A stretch of DNA of 61,707 nt, the filler included, from Circinaria calcarea (taxonomy: Eukaryota): the NCBI GenBank assembly GCA_051942165.1. It is 19 parts of 19 records of this genome, joined end to end, with 100 filler letters (N's around TTAATTAATTAA, not from the genome) between each part and the next. Parts side by side here need not be neighbours in the genome. Positions count along the whole stretch, not along the records: positions 48,833 to 51,978 come from JAVECS010003015.1; positions 52,079 to 55,224 come from JAVECS010003016.1; positions 55,325 to 58,468 come from JAVECS010003017.1; positions 58,569 to 61,707 come from JAVECS010003018.1; 15 more parts are not named here. One strand, given 5' to 3'. The translations under genes were made by a program, and so were the position numbers. This document shows, piece by piece, positions 50,139 through 61,707 of this stretch. Position 1 is the stretch's first letter. Each line of letters begins with the position of its first letter. The notes below the pieces were generated by a model that was given only the letters and a program-made list of their open reading frames with translations, was not told the origin of the DNA and made no database searches.

Positions 50139-52078
50139 TGTGGTGTGGAGCAGTCCGAGTCGACAATAAGGATCGTTGTCGAGGAAGAAGCGTGGTGTAG
50201 ACAAACGACAGGTCCTTCCAGGTGTCGGTAGATACGGACCTCTGCCTGCAGCACTGCAGTATTGACAGCACCAGACTCGCCGATTACACGTGAGGAACAA
50301 AAGAGAGTGACTATCTAAAACGAGCGACGATAGGGAATCAAAGGAGTGCGGGTTACCGTGAGAGTCTGGGGGTAAGTGGAAAAAGGTGCCAGGCACGTTT
50401 GCACAAGACGCCGAGCCAACTGAACGAGTGAATACGGGACTAGCGAGGATTATTAGGCCCGTGGCATAAATCGGTCAGGGGTGTTCATGGGAATTTCGCG
50501 AACGCTGACTTTTCAGAAAACAGCGACCCACTGCAGAATAATGAATGAGCTCAGCGTGTTGATGAGGAGGCCGTGCCTCTAGGCGTAGTAAGGGCTAAAG
50601 TAATAATAGCCCATGCAACCTCCTGGACGGTACCACTTTGCTAGGGGTTCAGGAGAAAAAAATCGGCTCGTAGACACAAAACGGCGACGGGTTAAAAGAA
50701 GGTGGCAGGCCCCCGGTGGCCCGGTGGTGGGAGAAAGGCCGCAGAGAAGATCCAATGGGATGCACCGGGCCATGCTTGCAATCAGCCCTCGCCGGGCAAA
50801 AGGACCAGGCCGTGTTTCCTTGGGTTTCTAGCAGGTAAGTTATCCGCGCTCCCCCCGATCAGAGACGGTAATATTTCATCACTGGGGGGGCCAGACCGAG
50901 ATCACGCTGCACGGTAACGGTACCAGCGAGCGCAAGCACAAGCACAAGCACAAGCACAACCCGTGTGGCTACCTTATACAACCGGATGTTCGCACGGCCA
51001 TCCCGGTCAGAAAAGGAGGTGGTGAAGAAAGCGACCCCTGGCCCGATCGAGCCCTCGACCAGGGGGCCAAGCACCCCAAAAGGGAGTAAGCTGTCTGTCT
51101 TAATCTCTTTGTCCATCTTTCCGATTCTCGGCTAGCAACTGTCACGCTACTTCAGGGGCTGGAGTTGACGCGTCCAGTTTGGTCTGTGGCCAATTCGGAG
51201 GTTGAAGTCGGTCGGACGTTGATGTCGTTGAGTCTTACGTGCAGACAGAGACAACTGACAACGGACAACGGCCAGAACCGCCTTCGGCACGTCGGCTTCG
51301 GGGTGCCGACTTCCCTTAGCCGATTCCAACAGGCCAGGGGAGTTTAACTTTACGATGCTTACTGTATGTCAACCTTACCGATCTTTGGACATTGTACGAG
51401 AGATGGTAATCTACGCATGTATAATATCGACATGCCCAGAATACTTTAACGGCAAGTATCTTTGAAAGGTCGTTGCTGACTTGCATTGTGCAGCTGACGT
51501 GGCCGGGGTTAGGTCTGTAAGTTGTTGTAACACGAGCCACGGAAAAAGCGGCTGTATGGGTAAGCTGGTTATTCAAAGCCGAATGGTTGGTAAGGCTACA
51601 AAAGCTTATAACGACGAAAGGTTTAATGGTGAAGAGAAAGATGGTGGTCAGTGTATTGTGTCATTACTTCGTACAAAGGTCAGATCAATGGTCATAAAGA
51701 AAAAATGCCTCTTCTCCCCCACAACCGACCTATGCAAATCCTCATCACGACAGTAGGTACCTTGAGTGTAGCGACACGGCATACTCCCGTGGCGCAAATT
51801 AGCAACCTGCAGTTGGGCGGATGGTGGCTCTGAGCGATGCTGAAAGCTGATAGGGTTTCATCACTCGGCTTGCATTGCTGCTGTGATTAGCACGGTCGGC
51901 GTGCATGCAACAACCCACCCCATCTCTCACTGGCGCCGATCCTTTGAAAAATGGGAGGAAAAGGCGACGCGTTGATTGNNNNNNNNNNNNNNNNNNNNNN
52001 NNNNNNNNNNNNNNNNNNNNNNTTAATTAATTAANNNNNNNNNNNNNNNNNNNNNNNNNNNNNNNNNNNNNNNNNNNN

Positions 52079-54492
52079 ATTCCCGAGCAGCTCCTCCACC
52101 TCCTCGTCCCATTCCCAAGGATATCTGTCGCTGGCAGCCTGATCCTTGTATTTTTGGATCAACGCGGCGTCGTTGTGAGCTACGTCGCCATGGGTTTCCC
52201 TGATGATTTTCTTTGCCAGATTGAAATGCGCTCTGGAGACGAATTCCAAGTCCATTCTCGGGTTCTCTTCTGTCTCTCCCAACTCCTTCTTAGCCAATCT
52301 CTTTTCCAAAACGCTCTCTTTCTCCTTTCGATCAAGCTTGATGTTTCCAGCGTTTAAGCTTGTGGAGGCCTTTGGAGCCGCAAGACGCTGATTCATGCCA
52401 AAACGTACCTCAGCAAAGAATGGTACTCTGCCATCGGCCGTCAATGAATCCACTGCAGCTTTGATCTCTTCTGCATTCTTATGCTCCACCTCGTCTGCGA
52501 AGTCTTCTGCCTCGGTAAGCTTTTCTCTTAGACCTTGTAGCAACAGCTCCTTCACTTCGATATCATTTAGTTCACTGAAGTTTTCAGTGGCAAGCATACA
52601 TCGTTCTGTTTCACTTTGATAGAATGCTTTTTCTTTGGGGTCAGAAGTGAGGATGTATTTTGCGAAAGCATCGCAGCTCTTCACTTCCACATCTGCTAGT
52701 AGGCGCTTCTTCACCTCCGCGGCGTTCATACTCTTCATGTAACCAAGGTACATCTCGGTACTTCTTACTACACCTTTGAAGAAGGCAGCTGTCAACTTTG
52801 CGTCCTTTTGAACCCCGTTTGGCCAGTGTCGAGCAGTAGGGTTGTCTCCAGTGCGGAAACAGTCGTCTAGTAGTTTGGCATTTCGGTTATAGGACACCTT
52901 CATAACCTGTTGCTGACTATCCGGGCTCTTTGGAGTGGTGCGGTTGGGTTGTTCGACAGGTGCAACCTTGTTGGGGATGTTTGTGGTGCCGGTGAGTGCA
53001 GCGCGTTTTTGTGCCTGCTCAGCCCGGTGGGATGCGAATGGGTTTGGTAATCCTATTCTAATCTTAGCAGATAGCACTTTTGTTTCTCAATTGCAAAGTT
53101 TCATACCAGCTTTGAAGTCCTTGCGCATTTGCCTCATAGTCTTCCGCTTCTTCTCTGGTTCGGGGTGTACGACTCCTTGGGTTTTGGTAGTTGTACCCTC
53201 GTTGATATTTGTTTTGGTAGTTGTGCCCTCGTTGATATTTGCTTTGGTAGTTGTGCCCTCGTTGATATTTTTTTGGGTAGTTGTGCCCTCCTTGGTAGTT
53301 GAATCAGCTTGCGCTGATGTAGCTCGTGATGGAACCATTGTTTGCGGAATCAGAGATTGTTGTTGCAGAGAGGAAGGTTGAAGAGGTAAAGAGGAAGACC
53401 TTGTTGGCACACCGTCTACACGATCCGGATTAGAATGGCGAAGTGGTAGTAAATAAGTAGATCATCTCAACGATAAGTGTACGTACCTTTTACTTTGTTG
53501 GTGCTTTCTAATTTGGCTTGAAAGTGATGTGAAGCAGGCGCAGTATCTAACGGTTCTTCTCCTTAGTGGTACATCAGTCTTGTTCCAGGACTTTGTGCGT
53601 TAACATAACGTGGGCTTCGAGTAGACTAACCTCGCTGGATTTGAGGTACATGGTACTTATTTCCTCTATCAGCGGTCTTGGCTTCCTCGAAATAGAATCT
53701 GTGAGGAAGTCCCTGCAAGGGCTCTTTTGAAAGACTTAGTTCGGCTGGGTGCTTTGTTGTTGTGGATACGAAATACGCACCTTTTACGCTTGCTGTATTA
53801 TCCTCTTCATCCCCAGTCACCTGATCTACTTTTGCCTTTTGTGATTTTTCCTTCAAACCTGTCATTGGCCCCTCACATATCGTATCGCGCTCTATTTCTG
53901 TCTCGCGTGCTTTCTCCGTACGGTATCGGCTGATGACTGCTTGTTGCATACTTCGACGCTTTTTAACAGTCTCCTCGTCCGGATCCTGCCCCAAGGTAGA
54001 TACTCCGGATACTCTACGAAGCTTGTGCTCTTCTGCTTCTTGCTTATAGTCTGTACGTACAGCTTCAAGGTAGGTCTGCTCGTCAGAAGTCAACGCTGCG
54101 TGCTTAACACGTCGATTAAAGATCCCCTCGTATCGTCGCTGTTCATCTTCTTCGCTCTGCTTCTGGCGTTCATCCAAAGTTTTCCTGATGGACTTGTTAC
54201 GCTCAACCAGCAACTCAAAAGCATCAGGGTCAATATCCATTGTTGCAATGCGGGCCTGATGATAGTCCAGTGCCTCGTTGAGCTCTTTTTGAAACCTATC
54301 TTCCTCTTTTCCTTTGCGCGATTTCTCCGACAAGCGTTGAGAATGAATTTCAGGGGTCAAACGCAGCCAGCTACCACGATTTGGTGACATGGTAGGCGTC
54401 TGAGGTGGTTCGGGTAGATCTGCCTCCCCTTTCTGGAGACGGACATCTTCATCCTTGTCATGAACAGGAATGGCTCTGGGCTTGCGCGCCAT
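52079..54492 (-). CDS. Large charged orphan protein with a 10-aa internal repeat; three phase-1 introns (about 53630-53562, 53486-53416, 53106-53053); 3'-truncated
   Basis: Donors GTTAGT, GTACGT and GTATGA join ORFs 53626-54492, a short internal exon (GEEPLDTAPASHHFQAKLESTNKVK), 53087-53410 and 52031-53077 into one reading frame. Confidence 0.65.
53181..53290 (-). repeat. Coding 30-bp minisatellite, about 3.7 copies (EGTTTK[T/A]NIN)
   Basis: Plus-strand units resembling GTTTTGGTAGTTGTGCCCTCGTTGATATTT start at 53181, 53211, 53241 and 53271 (partial). Confidence 0.92.
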
Positions 54493-55324
54493 GATGATGT
54501 TAATTGGTCCTTGGATGGATCGGGTTGTCTATGGAGGGCCAAGATAGCTAAAGCATATCAGACGTTTGAGGAGCAGGTTAGAAGTACAGTATGGGTTTGG
54601 GCCATGGACTCACAAGTACAATCCGCAGCTGACTAGGTGATGAACGATTGTCGAAAGCGGTGAAGAGATTTAGTAAGAGGTTGGTGTTGAATGGGTTGTG
54701 GGTAGGTCTAAATAGGCGAACTGAGTCTTAGACAACCCTCGAAGCGAAGGGGCTTGTGATTGTTTACAATCTAGCTTTGGTCTTACTTGCTCTAAAGTTG
54801 GAGATTTGCAGAGTAGGGGGAAATTTTTTCCTACATCTCAGCTGGAGCCTATACTGTTGGCTCATTCACCTCCCACTTGCTCCTTCTATCACTATCTTTC
54901 ATCTACATCAGATGCATGTTTTAGGGCTTATATATGCAACCCTGAATGACCTCAGCAGCCGTATACAGCATTCCCGAACCGCTGGATAGCGCCCTTGAAT
55001 CCCAGACAGAGCCTCGGCTACCTCCTTCTCGACCCAACCGGCCAAGGTAATCCCCAAGAAACTCTCTCCCTTTGATCTTCGCAACACAATACCTTAACAC
55101 CCCGACCCCCCAAAAGCCACTCCCGACTCCCCGTTGTCTCCACCGCTACCCTTTCCCAGGCATTTACAACCGCTACGCTCTCAAGAGTCAAAATCGAACA
55201 CCTCCTTCCCCTCCGCCCCCAATTNNNNNNNNNNNNNNNNNNNNNNNNNNNNNNNNNNNNNNNNNNNNTTAATTAATTAANNNNNNNNNNNNNNNNNNNN
55301 NNNNNNNNNNNNNNNNNNNNNNNN

Positions 55325-55903
55325 TTTGCCAACACTGATGCTCGCTGACTCCGTTAATGCCCGAGGGCCGTTTTTCAATTCGAATGTTCCAAAGGAAGTT
55401 CGATATCTAACAGTTCTCTTTCCGGCATACACCAGAGGGCAACCTGTGTCACTGTGGAAGGCGAATCGTGCATGACGCCTCCCGATGTTGTGTGGATTAG
55501 ATCTTAGGGCGAGCACGAAACTAGTTGAGTCACGATCATTTTCATCTTCAGACCCTGCTAGCCAGCCCACCCCAACGGCAGGAGGTAGAATAGAAAGGTT
55601 GAAGCGGTAGTAACCTTTCCAGAGGCGTTGAGATTCTGGTAATCGAATATAATCGGTTGGATCGCTTTGTTCACTAAAGCCATCATCATCCCTTTCGAAA
55701 TACACGAAACGTTCGATCTGCGGATAAGTAGCTGGGTTACAAAGGTAGGCCTCAATCACTTCACTGAACGCAAGACGAGCCTCAATATCATTTGGGTAAA
55801 GTCTCGCAAAGTCGCTTTCGATGATTTCACATTTAGGAGTATTGGGCACGGTGGAATGCGTTTCCGAAGATGGCGAACCTAGTCGCTGAGCTTCCAAAGA
55901 CAT
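55325..55903 (-). CDS. FHA-domain protein N-terminus (possibly an FHA-protein kinase), 3'-truncated
   Basis: GYYRFNL...P...GWLAGS......FVL......IGRRHARFAFH..TG resembles the divergent FHA domain seen ahead of kinase domains in filamentous fungi. The kinase part is not visible. Confidence 0.6.
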
Positions 55904-56088
55904 GCCGAGCAGACGCAGTGACACAAATACCTAGTGACACAGCGAGATGCGCGTGTATCCAGTTTAGGTGAAGCCGACTAGACGGGACATCACGTGGCAG
56001 CGGAAGCGGCGTAATATATTATCCGCACCAGCCCTGTAGAGGAATTCGTGGACTTTCACAACCTTCATCACAATAATCAGTTTCTGTA

Positions 56089-56877
56089 ATGACTACAGTT
56101 CCCGAACTCAGCTTATGTTTTGAGCCTCAAAATAGCTTTGCGGGACGATCCCGAGGTCCAGGTACCCTTCAGAATGTTACACCAACAAAGGAGCGATTGC
56201 GATCTTTAACGGTCGACATTCTCGTCAGATGCGTATTCCAACGCCTTCAGAATATCCAGCTCGATGAGGACGGCAGAGCGGTTCTACGCTTCAAGAGCGT
56301 TACGGAGCTTGCAGTGGAGGCATGGTGGTATGGCACTCCAACATCGAGTTTTACTCCGTCAACGCAGGGAAACTCTCCTTCACTTCTACCACCCGCCTCG
56401 GAACCGGAACCTCATAGCCAGCAACAGATCCGTCTTCCACCTGTACCAGGACCGCTTCATTTACATACCCCAGAACTTGATCATAGGTACCAATACGCCC
56501 ATGGAGAGACCGATGGTTGCGAACCTGAATCTACACCTGGAGATTTCCCTTCACCCAAAATCCCCGACTCTTCCCGCCTGCCGGACACGCCGCTATCAAT
56601 TGAATCCATAGACGAATCAGACAAAATATCGAAGGGTGGCAAATCATCATCGGACGCCTTTGAAGGGCTGCCTGGCGGACCTAGAGCTGGGTCGAAACGG
56701 AGATATGCAGAAATCTCTAGCGCTCTACCTGCATCGCCGAAGGGTGCCAGGGAACATACAATTACCGAGATAGATACAAGGTCGCCGTTTCACGTTGATA
56801 GTGCGCTGCAACGCAGCCTTGAGGCCGCATCCGAAAACCCATTGGCTAAACGGTGCAAATTAAACCTGATCAGCTGA
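56089..56877 (+). CDS. Hypothetical protein (262 aa), divergent from the FHA gene
   Basis: ATG-to-stop ORF with a short folded-looking N-terminal block, a Pro/Ser-rich remainder and NLS-like GSKRR and AKRCK motifs. Confidence 0.55.
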   Translation: MTTVPELSLCFEPQNSFAGRSRGPGTLQNVTPTKERLRSLTVDILVRCVFQRLQNIQLDEDGRAVLRFKSVTELAVEAWWYGTPTSSFTPSTQGNSPSLLPPASEPEPHSQQQIRLPPVPGPLHLHTPELDHRYQYAHGETDGCEPESTPGDFPSPKIPDSSRLPDTPLSIESIDESDKISKGGKSSSDAFEGLPGGPRAGSKRRYAEISSALPASPKGAREHTITEIDTRSPFHVDSALQRSLEAASENPLAKRCKLNLIS

Positions 56878-57833
56878 GCATATCTTGACCAAGCAATCAA
56901 TACGACAATCGAGTTTTAACTTTCGAAAAGGGATACAAAGGTAGATTTTCCACCACAATTATCCCTATGTTTTGGCTTGCAGCATAGTCATACATACACT
57001 TCACTTGACCCTTTCACTCTTGTCATGTTTGCAATGTTCGAGAAAGGTTGTACCACCTCCCAATCGCTGCAAGGTATGCTTTTAATTCATACAGATAGTC
57101 CAGGCACCGTCAACGGCAGTCAAGAGCAAGCCTCTGACGTTAGCGTAACCGACAGCTTCCATGCTCGATCTTAATGGTGACCCTGATGACAGCGATGAGG
57201 ATCAAGATAGGCATTATGGAGAATGAAGGCTTCAATGGCCAGAAAAAGCATAGTCAACACTCATCTGTGGCTGGGATGCTCGGTTCTCCTGTTATACATC
57301 TGAAGGACTAAACACTTGTGGAAGTGTTGGAGAGGACCGAGCTTCGAGGACAGCACTAAAGGCTTCAGACCCAACATTTGCTTCGTGAAAATGGGATGTG
57401 CAGGTATGGGGAAATGGACCGTTACCACAAGCTTCGCTAATGGCCCTTGAATCTATGAAGAACGGGGAGATACTTGATTACGAATTGGCGAACTTTAAGA
57501 CCTAACATGCTTCGAGCATTCTCAAAAGTTAGGACTAGAGTGACAGATTGGAAGAATGAATTGAACCACTTGTGGTATACTCGTCCGAATTAACGTGGTT
57601 ATAAAAATAAAAGGCTAATTTTGAATAAAAACCGAGTATTAAATATTGTCAAGTAATCTACCACTGATCCGAAGCAAATCAACTACCTCGAAAGGAAATC
57701 ACGTACTCAGTAGACTGTAAGATATAGGGGTTGGCACTCCGTAAAAATTAAACTAGGCGCCACTGCAAGCGATTCGGCGGTGACTCTCATTAAATACCCC
57801 GCCAAGATTTTGTTTACACCTCACATACGCGAA

Positions 57834-58468
57834 ATGGTGTTGGGGTTTCTTTGGACCTCTGTACTCTTTTTTATTTTTGCTTCCATTTTACTAGCAGATA
57901 AAATGGGCTTCCTAAAACGTACCAACCAGTTCCCGGTTGATGGGCGAGTAAAGCTCTACTCCCCTTTTACCTAAACAAGGCAATCACTAAAAACATATAG
58001 ACGGTCCTCATCACTGGTGGCTCTCAAGGCATGGGTCTCAGCGTCGCACGATTATTAGCATCGAAAGGCGCCAACATCATCATCGTCGCCCGCAACATTC
58101 AAACACTCCAAGAAGCCATTGACTACATCAGAGCGGGTGCCCTTCGCCCTTCCCAACACTTCTCATACATCTCCGCCGATCTCACAGACCCACTAGAAGC
58201 CTCTCGGGTACTAGCAGAAGCTACGGCCCAAAATTCCTCGTCTTCACCGGATATAATCTGGTGCTGCGCCGGCTCCTGCCACCCCACCCTCTTCGTCGAC
58301 ACGCCCGTCTCCAAGCTCGCCGAGCAGATGGACTCCAACTACTTCACCTCCGCCTACATTGCCCACGCCGCCCTGAACGCATGGCTCAAGCCCTCTCCTC
58401 CCACCATAACCCCCAAGGCCACAGACTCCACCAACGCTCCTCCCACGTCAGGACCCAGCACCGACTCC
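57834..58468 (+). CDS. TSC10: 3-ketodihydrosphingosine reductase (SDR), 3'-truncated; intron 57948-58000; alternative start at 57903
   Basis: NQFPVDGR|TVLITGGSQGMG.SVA..LA.KGAN.IIVAR...SADLT...PDIIWCCAG..HP.LF...QMDSNY. Confidence 0.9.
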
Positions 58469-58609
58469 NNNNNNNNNNNNNNNNNNNNNNNNNNNNNNNN
58501 NNNNNNNNNNNNTTAATTAATTAANNNNNNNNNNNNNNNNNNNNNNNNNNNNNNNNNNNNNNNNNNNNTTCCTGATCCCTCTAGACTAACACCACCCTTC
58601 CCCTCTAAG

Positions 58610-59159
58610 CATGAACAAACCCTTCAAACCCGAATACACCAACATCGAATGGGAATACTCCCTCGACACCTTCCAAGCCTGGTGCGCCGGGCAAACCGGC
58701 TACCCCATCGTCGACGCCGCCATGCGCCAGCTCAACCACACGGGCTACATGCACAACCGCTGCCGCATGATCACCGCCTCTTTCCTCGCCAAAGATCTCC
58801 TCATCGACTGGCGCCTCGGCGAGCGCTACTTCATGGAACACCTCGTCGACGGCGACTTCGCCAGCAACAACGGCGGCTGGGGCTTCAGCGCCTCCACGGG
58901 CGTCGACCCCCAACCCTACTTTCGCATCTTCAACCCCCTGCTGCAGAGCGAGAAGTTCGATCCCGAAGGCGCGTATATCCGCAAGTGGGTGCCCGAGTTG
59001 CGGGAGGTCAAGGGCAAGGCGATCCATGATCCGTACGGCAGGGGAGCGGGGGAGGTGGCGAAGAAAAAGGGCTATCCGAAGGTCATTGTCGAGCATAAAT
59101 TTTGTCGGGAGAGGGCGCTGGCGAGGTATAAGGCTGGATTGGGAAGGGAGACTACGTAG
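58610..59159 (+). CDS. PHR1: Class I CPD DNA photolyase, last exon (FAD-binding domain)
   Basis: WC.G.TGYPIVDAAMRQL..TGYMHNRCRMI.ASFL.KDLL.DWR.GE.YF...L.DGD.ASN.GGW...PYFRIFNP. An upstream CTAAC...AAG acceptor ends at 58609. Confidence 0.95.
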
Positions 59160-61707
59160 AATGTGGTATTGATGAGGTTTCTCTTTTTTTTTTTTTTTTG
59201 CCTAAAACCATACTGCACGATATCCACACCAAATATACGTCTAGGAAATCTTTCTCCAAAACGCTTGATTATTTTGACCCTTACTTCAGCCCATGGGGTT
59301 ATGATGGTGTGAACACGGGGGGGGTTTTCCCCGAACCCTTAATCTCGAACCGGCGATGAAATGACTAAAAGAAGCATACCTACAGCGAAATCACCTTCCC
59401 GGCCCGCCTGACTCGGATAGGAAGGGAAAAAATAACTCGGGAGGAAAAACCCGATAAAATACCGAAAACGGGTTTGGGCACGAAAGGGATATTTATCCTT
59501 GAGGATGAAGATGAACTCGGAAAACCGGTCCTTGTATAACCCGCTTATCAACGAGTTTTTTTTTTTTGGTCATAGAAACAAAAAGAGGGTAGTAGTTCCT
59601 CGTTGCCAATTGGCAAGGCAGGGGGGATCTGGATCTCATTCGGTCCACTGCCAGTATCGAACCCATACAGAAAAACGATTCAAACTTACCTCCCATGTTT
59701 CACCATTTTTGTCACGCGGTCTCTTGCCCCACGTTGAGAGGTTTTGGTCCCTAGGTGTTTCTCGTCTTTTCTCAATCCGGAAAAGGAGAGTTTCCCTTCC
59801 TTGCCTGGGGTTTCGTTTTTTTGGGGGGGGGGGGTAATATTCTGATGAGATGACGATTTCGAAAGCGTCCGCTTTTTTTTCCAGTTATGACCAGATTTTA
59901 TTTTTTTTTCCGATCCAAATCATTGTTGGGACTGCAAGGTGCAGAAATGGTGTGGATAGTCGGCCGGTAAATGCTGAAGCTTTATGATGTTTTTTTCCTT
60001 TATTAAAAAAACCTTTTTGGTGATTAGGGCTGGAAGCCTACACAAGTGTAAGACTTGATTCGTTTTGCCTTCTGCGCTTGTTTTTTGATTTTGGAATAAG
60101 TAATTGAGCTACCATCGTAGGAAGGGGGTGTGGTAAATCCGCGGATTCTGGATATGTAGATTAGTCATCTTCCAGGCAGTCTTTTATTGGGAATGTGTGT
60201 TTAATTACCTCTGATGGATTCCTCCTCGGTAGCGTTTGATTTCTATCTTCCCGCGAGTCTCTACTTTGGACTCCCAAATGTAGAACTTTTGGTCATGTAC
60301 TTATCTTCCTCTAAGGTCGTAACCTTCATCTGGTATAAGCCATGTGGAGGCGCGGTACATAAACCGCGGTAGTGCTGTGCCGATATTAACCTTTCGGAGA
60401 TCCAGGAGGGTGATTCCCTTGCTGAATTTGCGAGGACCGCGTGTACTGATAAAGGTTTAGTAGCCTTGGCTTTCAGCGGAGCGGTTCGAGCTGTCCGTTC
60501 GAGTTTCGGTCCAGAATCAGTCCAAGGTACGTGAGTTAGTCCGAAGGGGCGGAAGGGAGGGGGGAAGTACCCCGATTAAGGGCAACGTAGGAACTTGGGC
60601 TGGCTTGGCTTGCGCAAATGAATCAATCTGTACTTGGTGGAAGCGAAGGCTGATGCGTATCTCACTAACCACATTTCCCCTATCTTTTGGACTTCTCTTT
60701 GCTAAGCTGCTCTCTTCAGCAGACTTCCTAGCTGCCATGATAGCGATATCGTATACGTAACCATGCACACTAAGTCTTGCTGCATGCTGCTGTGAAGTGG
60801 GAATTGCAGAAGAAATAGAGCATCGATAATAGAAGGATTATTGTGTGTTCTTTGTATTTACTGCAAAGGGTCTGTAAAGACCTCTGGCGATGGGAGGAGT
60901 CATAGGCCGGATAGTTATAAAGCTGGTTATCCATCCCAGACCACCTCCACCTGCTCTAGGCTTGCGTAAATCGTGGGGGGTCCGAGGGTGAGACATATAT
61001 TATCGAACATACCTCATGTGCCCACCACCAAATAGATCTGATATATTCCCTGCCACCCACGAGCCCTATATCTTTCCTATCAGAATATATAGCCCGTGTT
61101 CAGTGGATATTCACCTCCGACATCCTAGGCGATTTCTGGGCGGAAGGTTTTAAATTTCCCATGCATAGCTAATCCGTAGAGTTATTAAGGGGTTTTGAAT
61201 TCTTTGCTCGGAAAGGGGAATAGATCTGAAGGGTTGGGGCAAGGAGTAGCCTCTATTTCCCGGTTTTCTCATCCCACCTGTAAGGGATGCTCTGACCTAA
61301 TTGAGGCAACACTGTCGGTTTAAGCTTGCATTGAATGGACATAGCAGTGTTGGTAGCATTAGTGGGAGAAACTGGACGAGGATTTTTTTGTGATAATTTC
61401 AAGATTCTTGTTTTTGTTCGCAGTACCTGCTTAACTGCAAATGCTATTTCTGTGACCTGGATTTAAGGCTATTCGAAAGGTTCTGGGTAGTCCATGCCCC
61501 TCAATGTCAGAAATGTCTACCTATGAAGGTTGTGGGAAGCGGATTCAGCTAAAACTTTGGCTTTGACTCCGGGCATGATTACGCATCCTCCGAAGATTTG
61601 AGCGTTGGAGTATGGGGTTATTCGACCTTTGACCAACATTGTCAATTTCCAAACCCGATTAGAGTCTCCCCCAACCACTTTGACTTTTGCCCCATAGGTG
61701 TTTTGCA

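Noticed and set aside
59842..59880. Hammerhead-like core CTGATGA...GAAA with a short stem III
   Set aside because: Stem II has only about two good pairs and stem I cannot form (T opposite T), so this is probably a chance match.
60470..60520. GGTTCGA/GTTCGA motifs suggesting a tRNA T-loop
   Set aside because: No acceptor, D or anticodon stems could be formed.

Overview
This is not one continuous locus. It is 19 unrelated contigs of about 3.15 kb, joined in descending length order by an artificial 100-nt linker (44 N + TTAATTAATTAA + 44 N). The DNA comes from a filamentous ascomycete (short GT-AG introns with CTRAY-type branch sites); a lichen-forming Lecanoromycete is my inference. Most contigs carry truncated housekeeping genes: UTP5, LSH/PasG helicase, TGL3-type lipase, ERB1, URK1, GID8, ESF1, MED19/ROX3, DCW1/DFG5, MDM34, SEC8, RMD5, TIM10, AGS1, TSC10 and PHR1. 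Accessory genes include a secreted alpha/beta-hydrolase, a spherulin/germin cupin, BTB and F-box proteins, an FHA protein, a HeLo-like/TPR/ankyrin protein and several orphans. The best signal missed by the ORF track is a pair of box C/D snoRNAs in consecutive long introns of GID8. One is SNORD79/U79-like. The other is snR40/U32-like and has a compensatory non-canonical C/D box pair (ATGATTA/ATGA). A second notable item is an NLR-like HeLo-like/TPR/ANK gene with no detectable NTPase domain. No transposon, tRNA, rRNA or CRISPR array was recognised. All family calls are from my recognition of motifs, not from database searches.
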